Below, piece by piece: positions 27,678 through 38,350 of a stretch of 64,000 nucleotides of DNA; the stretch's first letter is position 1; each line of letters starts with the position of its first letter. The notes below the pieces were generated by a model. The model did not search any database and had not been told where the DNA came from. It saw only the letters and a program-made list of their open reading frames with translations. The stretch is taken from positions 2,208,001-2,272,000 of the forward strand of contig CAXXOA010000001.1 of NCBI GenBank assembly GCA_963666275.2. The letters are read 5' to 3'. The DNA is from Oceanispirochaeta sp. (GTDB taxonomy: Bacteria > Spirochaetota > Spirochaetia > DSM-2461). The translations under genes and the position numbers were made by a program.

Positions 27678-28382
27678 TTACGAGATGGCGGTTTCCAGGG
27701 CCAGTTTCATCATCTGGGTAAAGGTGGTCTGGCGCTCCTCGGACGTGGTGGCTTCTCCTGTTACCAGGCTGTCGCTGACTGTGAGGATTGTCAGAGCCTG
27801 AATGCCCTTTTTAGCTGCGATTGTGTACAGGGCCGCCGCTTCCATTTCCACAGCCAGGACGCCGTGACGGGACCAGAGTTTCCACTCTTCCGGATCGTCA
27901 TTGTAGAAAATATCCGTAGACAGGATATTTCCCGCATGAAAGGGCTGATTCAGACTCTTCGCCGCTTCTACCGCTTTGGCAAAGAGTTCGTAGCTGGCAG
28001 TGGGGGCAAAGTGCATTCCCTTGAAGGTTACGTTGTTGATGCAGCTGTCTGTGGAGGCGCTCATACCCAGAATGATATCCCGGATTTTCACGCTTTCATG
28101 AAGGGCTCCGCAGGAACCGATCCGCATGATCCGTTTGACTCCGTAGTCTTTAATAAGTTCGTTCACATAGATTCCGATGGAGGGAACTCCCATACCGCTA
28201 CCCTGAATGGAAACTTTCTTTCCCTTATAGGTTCCGGTATATCCGTACATACCTCTCACTTTGGTATAGCACACAGCATCTTCGAGAAAATTTTCCGCAA
28301 TGAATTTTGCTCTCAGAGGATCTCCGGGCATCAGGACTGTTTCAGCAATATCTCCGGGTTTGGCTCCAATATGTATACTCAT
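27678..28382 (-). CDS. deoD: Purine nucleoside phosphorylase DeoD-type
   Basis: [36 protein letters not shown] and ERQTTF motifs. Confidence 0.96.
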   Translation of the reverse strand: MSIHIGAKPGDIAETVLMPGDPLRAKFIAENFLEDAVCYTKVRGMYGYTGTYKGKKVSIQGSGMGVPSIGIYVNELIKDYGVKRIMRIGSCGALHESVKIRDIILGMSASTDSCINNVTFKGMHFAPTASYELFAKAVEAAKSLNQPFHAGNILSTDIFYNDDPEEWKLWSRHGVLAVEMEAAALYTIAAKKGIQALTILTVSDSLVTGEATTSEERQTTFTQMMKLALETAIS

Positions 28383-28533
28383 GATCAAGCTCCTTATACA
28401 GGTTTCCTATAACCTGCCTTTATTCCGCATAATTATCATTTTAAATGATAGTTCACCATTTGAAAAATTAAAACCCCGATCCCACTTTGTCAGACTTCCC
28501 GGCGGGGAGAGCAATATTCCTGATCAGGACAGC

Positions 28534-28562
28534 TTGACAGTCCCCCCCTTTTTCATTAATCT
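28534..28562 (+). promoter_or_regulatory. Putative sigma70 promoter of the tRNA gene
   Basis: TTGACA-N17-TAATCT just upstream of the tRNA. Confidence 0.55.
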
Positions 28563-28573
28563 TCACTCCAGAT

Positions 28574-28647
28574 GGTCGACTAGCTCATTTGGATAGAGCG
28601 CTTCCCTCCGGAGGAAGAGGTGGTGGGTTCGAATCCCGCGTCGATCA
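28574..28647 (+). tRNA. tRNA-Arg (anticodon CCG), CCA not encoded
   Basis: Cloverleaf: acceptor GGTCGAC/GTCGATC, D stem GCTC/GAGC, anticodon stem CTTCC/GGAAG with loop CTCCGGA, T arm GTGGG-TTCGAAT-CCCGC. Confidence 0.96.
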
Positions 28648-28652
28648 ATTCA

Positions 28653-28687
28653 AGGCTTCATGAACTTGTTCATGGAGCTTTTTTTTA
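28653..28687 (+). terminator. Intrinsic terminator after tRNA-Arg
   Basis: GCTTCATGAAC-TT-GTTCATGGAGC hairpin followed by a T run. Confidence 0.75.
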
Positions 28688-28848
28688 TTAATTCAGGATT
28701 CGAAACGGAATGTAAAAATTATTGAATTTATGTTTATTTTCATGATTCTTCCAGGGCCGGTGGATTAATTCTTATGAATGCTCTATCTTCCAATACTGTC
28801 TAATGATTTATTATTCAAAGAACTGACAACAGGAAAGAGACAACTGAG

Positions 28849-29913
28849 ATGAAAAAAATATTCACCCTGCTTGCCATTGCCATACTTCTTATTCTGATAC
28901 CAGCCTGCGAACAGCCCACAGGTGAAGACAAAGAGAACCCGGATCCCTCCTCACAGGAGGATTCACCCCAGGAAGAAGAAGGGGCTGTAACCTTTTCCGA
29001 CCCTGTTCTTGAACAGGCTGTGAGAAACAATATCCATAAACCGGAAGGCCAATTAACACGGGATGACTGCCGGCAGGTTATTGCGCTGGATCTGTATAAT
29101 ACGGAACTGAAGGACATATCAGGGATCAGATACCTTACAAACCTCTACTCTCTCTATTTAAGGAATTCTCAGGTTTCAGATATATCGGAACTGGCTGATT
29201 TAACGGCCCTGAATGTACTGGGACTGGAAAACAATGCCATAGTAGATATCACTCCTCTGGCAAACCTTACTTCCCTGAAAACCCTGGAACTTAATGACAA
29301 CAGTATCTCTGACATCTCTTCTCTGGCAAAACTGGTTAACCTTGAAAAACTGAACCTCCGGGATAATGCCATAACCGACATATCCTCTCTGGAAAATATG
29401 GCGAACCTGAAAAGTCTGGATTTAAGAGACAATCAGATCTCAGATATTACGGTTTACCGGGGTTTTACAAATATCACCAAAGTTTATCTGAACCACAATC
29501 TTGTCTCGGATCTGACTCCCCTCTCAACCCTGGATCAGCTTACAAGTATCCTGGCCGAAGAGAATCAGATTTCCTCCCTCCCTTCTCTTAACCGCTTAAC
29601 CCTGGTGGATAACCTTATCATCAGCGGCAACGATATTTCTGATATTAGCGAACTGGCCTATCTGACCAGTCTCAGGGCTCTGGAAATGGCAAATAACAAA
29701 GTTTCCTCTGTGGAATCCCTGAAAGATATAGAATACCTCCTGTATGTCAATCTGAAGGGAAATCTGATAAGTGATGTATCCCCTTTAAAAAATACTATGG
29801 GCAAACACTCCCTCTCCTACACACTGAATATCAGAGACAATCCTCTGTCAACCGAATCGGTCAGTCAGCATATTCCCGACCTGCAAGACTCGGGGGTTGT
29901 TGTATATCACTAG
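28849..29913 (+). CDS. Leucine-rich-repeat lipoprotein (internalin-like 22-aa repeats)
   Basis: Lipobox IPAC; repeated LxxLxLxxNxIxDISxLxxL; FSDPVLEQAVR cap. Confidence 0.9.
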   Translation: MKKIFTLLAIAILLILIPACEQPTGEDKENPDPSSQEDSPQEEEGAVTFSDPVLEQAVRNNIHKPEGQLTRDDCRQVIALDLYNTELKDISGIRYLTNLYSLYLRNSQVSDISELADLTALNVLGLENNAIVDITPLANLTSLKTLELNDNSISDISSLAKLVNLEKLNLRDNAITDISSLENMANLKSLDLRDNQISDITVYRGFTNITKVYLNHNLVSDLTPLSTLDQLTSILAEENQISSLPSLNRLTLVDNLIISGNDISDISELAYLTSLRALEMANNKVSSVESLKDIEYLLYVNLKGNLISDVSPLKNTMGKHSLSYTLNIRDNPLSTESVSQHIPDLQDSGVVVYH

Positions 29914-29994
29914 AAACAAAAAGGCTCTCCCCAAGGAGTTCAGAGATCTGTATAATAATGATCAGACTATAAAAAATATAAGAAGGAATACCTG

Positions 29995-30282
29995 ATGATT
30001 GCTATTTTTGCTGATTTTCCTCTGAAATCCGACAAAGTGGATGAGTTTCTTACCGCTGTGGCCCCCCTGATCAAAGCCTCCAACGAAGAGGAGGGCTGTA
30101 TCAGATACGAACTCCATAAAGCTCTGAATGAAGAGAATACCTACCTGATGATTGAAGAATGGAAAGATCAGGCTGCCATTGATTTTCACAATCAGACAGA
30201 ACATTTTACAACGATCGTTCCCCTATTCAGGGATATGCTGAGACAGGAGCAGAGAGTGGTACTCCACTCCAAAACACTCTAG
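29995..30282 (+). CDS. ABM-family (putative quinol) monooxygenase
   Basis: EEGCIRYEL and IEEWKD.AAI..H..T.HF motifs. Confidence 0.88.
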   Translation: MIAIFADFPLKSDKVDEFLTAVAPLIKASNEEEGCIRYELHKALNEENTYLMIEEWKDQAAIDFHNQTEHFTTIVPLFRDMLRQEQRVVLHSKTL

Positions 30283-30704
30283 TCAGAGTTCCCGGACCGC
30301 AGCCCTAGAGATTCCAGCCATTGAATCGCTTCTTCCTCGCTGGAAAACTCCCGGGAGGGAATGCCGACCTCTCCCTGATCTTTTCCTTTATCGATCAGGG
30401 AAATGGTATACTCCTTGAGGGCCCCGCCCAGAAGCATGGCCCGGGCCACCTGACCATTCTCTTCCGCCCAGTCGGAGATCCTGGAAAAGAACTGTATTCC
30501 CTCGGGAGTCCCCCCTTCCAGATGTCTCAAATCGGAGATGACGGCAAACTTTTCAAGAGAATTTTCTGACAGACATTTTTTATAATCTTCAAAAAACTGC
30601 CGAGCCCCTTCAATATTCCAGGACCGGAAAAAACGCATGATTACAATTTCACCGTGAACCGAGAGCTCATACTCCCCATGAGGATCAAATTCCATTTTTC
30701 TCAA
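30279..30704 (-). CDS. Hypothetical protein (STAS/SEC14-like)
   Basis: 141-aa alpha/beta protein ending FSSEEEAIQWL. Confidence 0.65.
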   Translation of the reverse strand: MRKMEFDPHGEYELSVHGEIVIMRFFRSWNIEGARQFFEDYKKCLSENSLEKFAVISDLRHLEGGTPEGIQFFSRISDWAEENGQVARAMLLGGALKEYTISLIDKGKDQGEVGIPSREFSSEEEAIQWLESLGLRSGNSD

Positions 30705-31018
30705 GAATCTCCTTCTGTTGCTTCAGATACAAATTCTAGTTTATCAGAGGGTTTTCATCCAGATTTTCCTGATAGATTTATAGCTGAAAGCAGAAAATCA
30801 GAAGGGATTCTGTTTGTTCCGGCAGATGCCGGATAGAGAATGGAATTTACCGGGACTGTCATTTATATTTCCGTATCAAAAGGAAGAGCATCTGAAACAT
30901 CCTGCTGTATTTTGCCTCTCGTAAACTCTAAAATCAAATAAGGAAAATAAAAGATCATTTGTTTTTAAGATCCCGCGGATTTTATCCTGTATAGTGTCCT
31001 ATAAAGAGGCTGTATTGT

Positions 31019-32191
31019 ATGATTAAAAAGTTCTCTCCCCTGATAATCCTGTCCTTTATTGCTTTCATCTCACTGGGCCTTCCCGACGGTCTTCTGGGTG
31101 TAGCCTGGCCCGGTATCCGTGCCAGCTTTACCCTCCCTCTGGACGCGATGGGCTACTATCTTGTCACCATGACGGCGGGCTATACTCTCTCAAGTTTTTT
31201 TAACGGTTACTTTGTTAAAAAGATAGGACTGGGTGGACTTCTGGGATCCAGCTGCATTCTCACAGGGATCTCCCTTTTTATCTATACCATGACTCCCTAC
31301 TGGTTTATTTTCATCCTGGCTTCCTTTCTGGGAGGAATCGGCGCCGGCGCCATTGATGCGGGACTGAATACCTATATAGCCCAGAATCACAGTGAAAGGA
31401 TGATGCAGTGGCTTCATGCCTGTTTCGGAGTGGGCATAACCACAGGCCCCCTGATCATGACGATGGGGATCGCTTTCACAGGTTCCTGGCGCCGGGGATA
31501 CACAGTTGTGTTCCTGATTCAGATCCTTCTGGGAGTCCTGTTTTTTTCCTCCCGGAAACTCTGGTATCCCATCCATCTGAAAGAAGAGAATCACAGGAGT
31601 GAGGATGCCCCCCTGAGAGAATCCTTCAGATCCCTTCCGGTATGGCTGAGTATGTTCATATTTTTTATCTACGTGGGAACAGAAATCGGTATGGGACTCT
31701 GGGCCTTTACGTTTCTGACCGAAGCCCGGGGTATTTCTGAAATGGCCGCCGGCTTTGTCACAGGAAGCTACTGGGCCGTATTCACTCTGGGACGAATCCT
31801 GGCAGGTCTCTACGGCCGGAAAATATCATTGAAGGTCCTGATGAACAGCTGTATCCTCCTCTCCATAGCGGGAACTCTGATGCTGCTTCTGCCTCTTCCT
31901 GCTGTGTTCACCATGGGGGGAATCTGTCTGACAGGATTTGCGGTGGCCCCCATCTTTCCCGGTCTGGTTTCGGACACGGAAATCCGGGTGGGCCGCAGGC
32001 ATCTGACCAATGCCATAGGGATGCAGTTTTCCATCGCCGGGATCGGTGCGGCCGTTATGCCCTCCCTGGCGGGGGTCCTGGCCCGGAAATGGGGGCTGGA
32101 GATGATCCCCCTGTTTGTTCTGACGGCGGAGCTGCTCCTTCTGGGGGGATATGCCCTTTCCCATGGGTCCAGGCCCTCTGAAGAGGAATAG
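31019..32191 (+). CDS. MFS transporter
   Basis: FISLGLPDGLLGVAWP N-terminus, about 12 hydrophobic segments, GAIDAGLN. Confidence 0.9.
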   Translation: MIKKFSPLIILSFIAFISLGLPDGLLGVAWPGIRASFTLPLDAMGYYLVTMTAGYTLSSFFNGYFVKKIGLGGLLGSSCILTGISLFIYTMTPYWFIFILASFLGGIGAGAIDAGLNTYIAQNHSERMMQWLHACFGVGITTGPLIMTMGIAFTGSWRRGYTVVFLIQILLGVLFFSSRKLWYPIHLKEENHRSEDAPLRESFRSLPVWLSMFIFFIYVGTEIGMGLWAFTFLTEARGISEMAAGFVTGSYWAVFTLGRILAGLYGRKISLKVLMNSCILLSIAGTLMLLLPLPAVFTMGGICLTGFAVAPIFPGLVSDTEIRVGRRHLTNAIGMQFSIAGIGAAVMPSLAGVLARKWGLEMIPLFVLTAELLLLGGYALSHGSRPSEEE

Positions 32192-32295
32192 AGAAAAAGT
32201 CTCTGTCCCTGCGGGTGAAATTCCATTAATATTGAATTAGAATTCCAGAAACTACATCTATACAAGAGGACATACTGCAACCCGGGAGGCAGATC

Positions 32296-33135
32296 ATGAA
32301 AGTAAGAGACAAACGCAAATTAACAGGAATCTTTCTGTTTTCCCTGCTGATTCTACCCCTTTTTCAGGGATTCTCAGAAGAAAGGGATCTCTTTTCTCTG
32401 GATATTTCCGGGGAATACGGCTTCACAAATATTCTGAAGCATGAAATCCAGAGAGACGAAACCGGTGATAAAGGGGATATTTTCAATTACAAAACACAGG
32501 GCGGCCAGGATATCCTCTTCTCCTACTTCCGCTATCAGGCAGATCTGACAATAAGGGAAAAGCATCATGCCCTTTTTCTCTTCCAGCCTCTGAGACTGGA
32601 TACCCGGGCGGTGATTGATTCGGATTTCCGCTACAATCAGCAGGACTATTCAGAGGCGGACGGCGAACTCTCTCTGGTCTACTCTTTTGATTTCTGGCGC
32701 TTTTCCTATCAGTATGACCTGATAGAACCTCCCGGATTTTTTCTAAGCCCCGGTTTATCCTTTCAGATCCGCAATGCTCTGATCATATTCAAAACAGAGG
32801 AGAACGGAAAAGAGTCCATACAGAGTGATATTGGACCGGTTCCCATACTCAAGGTCAAAACCGGCTATGAATGGCCCCAGGGAACCTATGTTCTATTTGA
32901 AGGAGACGGATTTTACGCGACCAACAGGTTTTTTAATGGCGCCGATTACCCTTTCACGGGGTATATATACGATCTCTCCCTGAGGGGGGGATACGATTTT
33001 ACGAAAAGATTCGGTTCCTATGTGAATTTCCGTTTTCTGGGAGGCGGTGCGGAAGGAACCAATGATAAGGACGAGTATACCTACAACGATCTTCATACAT
33101 TCAGCTTTACCCTGGGAGCCACAGTCCATCTGTAG
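32296..33135 (+). CDS. Probable outer-membrane beta-barrel protein
   Basis: Signal peptide, aromatic-rich amphipathic strands, C-terminal FSFTLGATVHL. Confidence 0.65.
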   Translation: MKVRDKRKLTGIFLFSLLILPLFQGFSEERDLFSLDISGEYGFTNILKHEIQRDETGDKGDIFNYKTQGGQDILFSYFRYQADLTIREKHHALFLFQPLRLDTRAVIDSDFRYNQQDYSEADGELSLVYSFDFWRFSYQYDLIEPPGFFLSPGLSFQIRNALIIFKTEENGKESIQSDIGPVPILKVKTGYEWPQGTYVLFEGDGFYATNRFFNGADYPFTGYIYDLSLRGGYDFTKRFGSYVNFRFLGGGAEGTNDKDEYTYNDLHTFSFTLGATVHL

Positions 33136-33171
33136 GCTCCCCGAGGATAAAGCAGGAATATGACAGGGATT

Positions 33172-33199
33172 TCCCGGTAAAAGAGATTTTTTACCGGGA
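33172..33199. terminator. Hairpin between convergent genes
   Basis: TCCCGGTAAAA...TTTTACCGGGA 11-bp stem. Confidence 0.6.
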
Positions 33200-33206
33200 C
33201 ACTTTC

Positions 33207-34304
33207 CTAGCGGTCGACCCGGGCTCCCCCGCCGCCGACAATTTTCTCGACCTCTGCCAGAGAAGCCATGGTGGTGTCTCCGGGAGTGGTCATGGCCAGG
33301 GCCCCATGGGCGGCGCCGTAATTGACGGCTTTATCCGCATCATTGTAGGTGAGGAAGCCGTAAATCAGTCCTGAGGCAAAGCTGTCGCCGCCCCCTACCC
33401 TGTCCATGATTTCAAGGTTCGGTCTGTGGACAGCTTCATAGATCTCACCGTCGTACCAGGAAATGGCTCCCCAGTCGTTGACTGTTGCGGTTTTTACACC
33501 CCTGAGGGTTGTCGCTGTGGCTTTGAAGTTGGGGAAAGCGGAAATGGCCTTGCTGATCATCTTTTTAAAGCTGTCAGTTTCAAGATCTGTCAGATTTTCA
33601 TCTGTTCCTTCCACTTCAAATCCCAGACAGGCTGTAAAATCCTCTTCGTTGCCGATCATCACATCCACATAGCTGGCGATTTCCCTGTTCACTTCCTGGG
33701 CTTTCGCTTCCCCGCCGATGGCTTTCCACAGGGAGGGGCGGTAGTTCAGGTCGTAGGAGATGATGGTTCCATATTTCTTAGCCGCCTTCATGGCTTCGAT
33801 GACAACTCCGGGAGTTGTTTCCGAAAGGGCTGCGAAAATACCTCCGGTATGAAACCAGCGGACTCCCTGGGAGAAGATTCCCTCCCAGTCGATATCGCCC
33901 TCTTTGAGCTGGGATACCGCTGTGTGTCCCCTGTCGGAACAGCCCACGGCCCCTCTGATACCGAATCCCCGCTCTGTAAAATTCAGACCGTTCCGGGACT
34001 CCCGTCCGCAGCCGTCGTATTTGACCCATTTGATAAGAGAGGTATCCACGCCGCCCTGAAGGATAAGATCTTCCACAAGGCGCCCCACAGGATTGTCTGC
34101 AAAGGCGGTAACAACCGCAGCGCGCATGCCGAAACAGCGTCTGAGGCCTCGGGCTACATTGTATTCGCCGCCGCCCTCCCAGGCCTGAAACTGGCGGGTT
34201 GTATGAATACGGCCTTCGCCCGGATCCAGGCGGAGCATGACTTCGCCCAGAGAAAGGATATCGTATCTGCACTGATCGGCAGGTTTAATTGTCAGTTTAC
34301 TCAT
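33207..34304 (-). CDS. kdgK: 2-keto-3-deoxygluconate kinase (PfkB family)
   Basis: GEVMLRL, GGGEYNVA, DLNYRPSLW and DRVGGGDSFASG motifs; adjacent to eda. Confidence 0.88.
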   Translation of the reverse strand: MSKLTIKPADQCRYDILSLGEVMLRLDPGEGRIHTTRQFQAWEGGGEYNVARGLRRCFGMRAAVVTAFADNPVGRLVEDLILQGGVDTSLIKWVKYDGCGRESRNGLNFTERGFGIRGAVGCSDRGHTAVSQLKEGDIDWEGIFSQGVRWFHTGGIFAALSETTPGVVIEAMKAAKKYGTIISYDLNYRPSLWKAIGGEAKAQEVNREIASYVDVMIGNEEDFTACLGFEVEGTDENLTDLETDSFKKMISKAISAFPNFKATATTLRGVKTATVNDWGAISWYDGEIYEAVHRPNLEIMDRVGGGDSFASGLIYGFLTYNDADKAVNYGAAHGALAMTTPGDTTMASLAEVEKIVGGGGARVDR

Positions 34305-34324
34305 TACTTCAGATTCTCCCGTTC

Positions 34325-34984
34325 TTAATAGTCTGCAGCCAGTTTAACTGTGTCTTTGACTATGGTTTCAATTTTGTCCCAGTTACCCGCATTGATATCA
34401 TCGGCTTTACCTACCCAGGTTCCGCCGGCACAGGCAATCTGGGGAATGGAAAGATAGTCTCCCAGGTTTCCTGTGTTCACCCCGCCGGTAGGCATGATAT
34501 GGATTCCCAGATGCTTATAGGGAGCAATGATATTGGAGAGCATTTTCGTCCCCCCCATCGCTTCGGCAGGGAAGAATTTGACCATGGTGATACCGAACTG
34601 CATTATCTGTTCCAGTTCAGAAGGAGTGCAGAATCCGGGAAAGAAAGGATAGCCCGACTTGATGGCTTCCTCGACAATCACGGGATTGAAACCGGGAGCA
34701 ACCGCAAATTTGGCACCCGCATTGAAAGCTCTGTGCAGATCGTCCTTGTTCAGAACTGTACCGGCGCCCAGGACCAGATCAGGAAACTGAATAGCTGCTT
34801 CTTTTATGATCCCTTCAGCCGCTTTCGTTCTGAAAGTGACTTCAGCCGCTTTGAGACCGCACCGGCTCAGGATCTCACACATTTTTACTCCGTCTTCCAC
34901 TTTTTCAATGGCAAGCACAGGGACAACTTTCACATTACCCAGGGCTTCAACTATGGCATCACATTTCTGCTGATAGGAACTCAC
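34325..34984 (-). CDS. eda: KDPG/KHG aldolase
   Basis: EVTFRT, GAGTVL, TPSE, VKFFPAE..GG and MPTGGV motifs. Confidence 0.94.
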   Translation of the reverse strand: MSSYQQKCDAIVEALGNVKVVPVLAIEKVEDGVKMCEILSRCGLKAAEVTFRTKAAEGIIKEAAIQFPDLVLGAGTVLNKDDLHRAFNAGAKFAVAPGFNPVIVEEAIKSGYPFFPGFCTPSELEQIMQFGITMVKFFPAEAMGGTKMLSNIIAPYKHLGIHIMPTGGVNTGNLGDYLSIPQIACAGGTWVGKADDINAGNWDKIETIVKDTVKLAADY

Positions 34985-35225
34985 TACACACTCCTTGGTT
35001 TCGCGGTGATATTCTTTTTTGAAACACCGTTTTAAAAATATAATTCATTATACATACCTGGCTCCGTCGGGACAAGAAGAAATTTCTGAATTCCAGCAAG
35101 TTCCCGTCAGTTCTTTTATCTGACAACTTTCGGAGAAACACAGTGTAGTCCGGGAGGAACAAATACAGTGAGAATAAACAGGCTATGATCCGCCCACAGG
35201 CGGAGGATAGGAATCTGAGGAAGAA

Positions 35226-36263
35226 CTAGGAGTGGTCCGCCAGGAGGATCCGGCATGTATCCAGGAAAGTCCGGACAGCCTGCTCTCCTGTGGCCCAGGA
35301 GGTTATAAGCCTGACGGCTGTATGATTTTCATCCGTTTTCTCCCAGGTATAAAACAGATATTCCTTCTGAAGCTGCTCTATCACTTTATCGGGAAAAACT
35401 GGAAAAATCTGATTGCTGGGGGATTCCACCAGAAAAGGACAGCCCAGGGCTTTCAGTTCCCCTGTGAGGAGCTGTGCCATCCGGTTGGCATGTTCCGCCA
35501 GTGTAAAGTAGAGATTATCCCTGAAGAGTTCCCGGAACTGGATTCCCGTAATCCATCCTTTTGCCAGCAGGGCTCCCCTCTGTTTGATGAGAAAGCGGAA
35601 ATCCTCTTTCAGGGACGGATTGCTGATGACAAGGGCTTCTCCGAAGAGGGCGCCGTTTTTTGTCCCTCCGATAAAAAAAGCATCCGAATAGAGGCACATG
35701 TCTTTCAGAGTCAGTCCTGCTCCCGGTACGGTCAGGGCGGCCCCCAGACGGGCTCCGTCCACGTAGAGGAGTAGGTTCTTTTCCCGGCAGAAACCGTACA
35801 GCTCCTTCAGTTCTGAAAGAGTATAGATGGTTCCCAGTTCTGTAGTATTGGAAATATAAACAAGACGGGGTTTTACCATGTGCTCAAAATGATGCTCCAC
35901 AAGAACCGGCTCAATTGACCGGGGAGTTAATTTGCCCTCCCGGGCGGGAACAGTCAGAACTTTATGACCAGTCGCTTCAACAGCCCCGGTCTCATGGGTA
36001 CTGATATGACCGGACTCTGCAGCGATACAGGCTTCATGGGGCCTGAGAAAGGAACTGATGGCCAGCAGATTGGTCTGGGTTCCCCCGGGGATCAGATGAA
36101 CATCAAGATCTTCCCTTCCGGTCAGGTTCTGAAGGATCTCGATGAAATCCCGGGTGTGCCTGTCCTGGCCGTACCCGTCCTCCTGATTGCCGTTATTGGC
36201 CCCAATAGCCTTTAAAATATCAGGATGAGCTCCCTCGCTGTAGTCATTCTGAAAACTGATCAT
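35226..36263 (-). CDS. ltaE: Low-specificity L-threonine aldolase
   Basis: SFQNDYSEGAHP, GGTQTN, HETGAVEATGHK, DGARL and GGTKNG motifs. Confidence 0.88.
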   Translation of the reverse strand: MISFQNDYSEGAHPDILKAIGANNGNQEDGYGQDRHTRDFIEILQNLTGREDLDVHLIPGGTQTNLLAISSFLRPHEACIAAESGHISTHETGAVEATGHKVLTVPAREGKLTPRSIEPVLVEHHFEHMVKPRLVYISNTTELGTIYTLSELKELYGFCREKNLLLYVDGARLGAALTVPGAGLTLKDMCLYSDAFFIGGTKNGALFGEALVISNPSLKEDFRFLIKQRGALLAKGWITGIQFRELFRDNLYFTLAEHANRMAQLLTGELKALGCPFLVESPSNQIFPVFPDKVIEQLQKEYLFYTWEKTDENHTAVRLITSWATGEQAVRTFLDTCRILLADHS

Positions 36264-37159
36264 TCCCTCTCCTCTCTTTGGCTCTGCACGATTAACCAGG
36301 GTGTTACAATTTCAAGGAACTCCTCAGGAGATTCCTGATGGGGTAGATGCCCCGACCGGGGGATGATTTCCATTCTGGCTCCTGGAATGAGAGACTGCAT
36401 GATCTCACCCGATGAGGCGGGCAGAACCCTGTCCATCTCACCCCAGACAATCAGTACGGGAAGATCAAGCCGGGACAGGTCATCCCGGAACCGTTCACTC
36501 TTGTCAAGCCACAGGGAGAACCTGCGGAGAATGGAAAAGTAGGCGTGCCTCTGCCTGTTGTCGGAAACCCTGTCATGGACCCGTTCATAGAGAAAATCCC
36601 GGTCCTTCCGGGACATCCCCTCCAGATCGGCATAATAGGGATTCAGAGATTTAAAGGCTTCCACAGGCTGGTTCTTTAAACGGCTGTAGAGGAATTCCCC
36701 CACTACCGGCATAAGAAAAAGGAGACTGGAAAGACTGATTTTCTGCTTCTGCGGAACCAGGGCGCCGTCAGCCAGTACCTGAGAGATCATCCTATCGGGA
36801 TAATGCAGCCCACTATACTGAATCAGCATGGCTCCCAGGGAACTTCCTATAAAATGGGCCCTCTGAATATCCAGGACATCAAGAAACTCCAGAAGAGAAT
36901 CTTTCAGAAAATCCATCGTGTAGGAACGGGAGGGTTTATCGCTTCTGCCGAATCCCGGTAGATCCGGAGCCACTATCCTGTAATTCCGGCTTAAACCGGG
37001 GATAACATGGCGCCAGGTATCAGCCTCATCGGCCAGTCCGTGGATGAGAACGCAAACAGGCTTATCCTCTCCGGCAGTATCAAGATAGAAGAGATTCAAT
37101 CCCGACTTATCAAGCCGGACCGATGAGGCGTATGTCTTCAGATCATCCCAGACATTCAT
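36260..37159 (-). CDS. Alpha/beta hydrolase
   Basis: LIHG, DLPGFGRS, GSSLG nucleophile elbow, WGEMD and GHLPHQE motifs. Confidence 0.92.
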   Translation of the reverse strand: MNVWDDLKTYASSVRLDKSGLNLFYLDTAGEDKPVCVLIHGLADEADTWRHVIPGLSRNYRIVAPDLPGFGRSDKPSRSYTMDFLKDSLLEFLDVLDIQRAHFIGSSLGAMLIQYSGLHYPDRMISQVLADGALVPQKQKISLSSLLFLMPVVGEFLYSRLKNQPVEAFKSLNPYYADLEGMSRKDRDFLYERVHDRVSDNRQRHAYFSILRRFSLWLDKSERFRDDLSRLDLPVLIVWGEMDRVLPASSGEIMQSLIPGARMEIIPRSGHLPHQESPEEFLEIVTPWLIVQSQREERE

Positions 37160-38232
37160 GAGCGGACCCTTTTATTGAGATGGGAATATTCCCTGTCTTT
37201 CATAATCACATGCCGATAGACAAGGTCCTGGGATATATAGTTCAGGAGGGTGATAGGATCCGTTTCATTCTGTCTGAAAAGATCGATGAGAGTACTGAAA
37301 CGGGAAATCAGTTTATTATGCTCCAGAATATGTTCCTTAAGCCCCGGATAGGCCAGTCCTTCCAGGATAGCTTCTTCCGCCCGGAAGTGCTCTGTCACGT
37401 GATGGAGCATCTCATCCAGAGAGGATTCAAGATAATCCGTATCCGTGTGTTTCAGAACCGAATCCAGGATTTTATTGGAATACTGGAAAATCTCCCGGTG
37501 ACGGAGATCTATATCATCGATACCCGCCGAATACTCATGCTTCCATTCAAGTCTCAGTGCACTGTCGGGTACGGACTCTTCTGTTTCTGTTCGGTTTATA
37601 TCCTCGGGAGACATGACCGCAAGGTTCCGTCCGGAATCTTTGGCATGATAGAGGGCCTCATCCGCCCGGGTAAACCAGCTGTTGAAAGTCTCTCCGCTGC
37701 GGAAGGAACTGATCCCGATACTGACAGTCACATCCGCCAGTTCTTTCAAGGGGGATGTTTCTATCCTGTCACGGATCTTTTCCGCCAGGATCAGGGCATT
37801 TACCCCGGTGGTATCTGAAGCGAGAATCAGAAATTCCTCCCCTCCCCAGCGGGCGAAACAGTCGGTTTTACGGCAGATACCCGTGATGGTCCGGGCCACC
37901 TGCTTTAACACCCTGTCGCCGAAATCATGACCGTAACTGTCATTAATCCTTTTGAAATGATCCAGATCCAGGATAAGAAGGGATACGGGTGTCTGAAAAC
38001 GGTTGCATCTGTGCATGGCATTGAGGATACTGGGCTCAATAGCGCGTCTGTTCATAAGACCTGTGAGCATATCTGTCATGGAGAGGCTGTCAAGTTTTCT
38101 GTTTTCTGCCCGGAGCTGACTGTTTTCCTTTCCCAGCTCCCGGACAGAGCTTCTGAGAGAGGACATTTTCAGGGTAAGGAAAACTATGGATCCTACTAAA
38201 ATAACAAAAGCACAGATAAAAAAGATCAGCAC
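37156..38232 (-). CDS. Membrane-anchored diguanylate cyclase with a C-terminal hemerythrin domain
   Basis: N-terminal TM segment; RKTD I-site and RWGGEEF; then ID..H..., HF..EE, H..EH and H....D iron-ligand pattern. Confidence 0.88.
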   Translation of the reverse strand: MLIFFICAFVILVGSIVFLTLKMSSLRSSVRELGKENSQLRAENRKLDSLSMTDMLTGLMNRRAIEPSILNAMHRCNRFQTPVSLLILDLDHFKRINDSYGHDFGDRVLKQVARTITGICRKTDCFARWGGEEFLILASDTTGVNALILAEKIRDRIETSPLKELADVTVSIGISSFRSGETFNSWFTRADEALYHAKDSGRNLAVMSPEDINRTETEESVPDSALRLEWKHEYSAGIDDIDLRHREIFQYSNKILDSVLKHTDTDYLESSLDEMLHHVTEHFRAEEAILEGLAYPGLKEHILEHNKLISRFSTLIDLFRQNETDPITLLNYISQDLVYRHVIMKDREYSHLNKRVRS

Positions 38233-38350
38233 TAAAATACCCTTCTATTTTCAGATACACCTGATTCCGCCATTATCCTGTAATGCCGCAGATGACTTTT
38301 CTAAAGTTAATCCATTATATTGAAAATCCCCGATTAGGTAAAACAGATTT

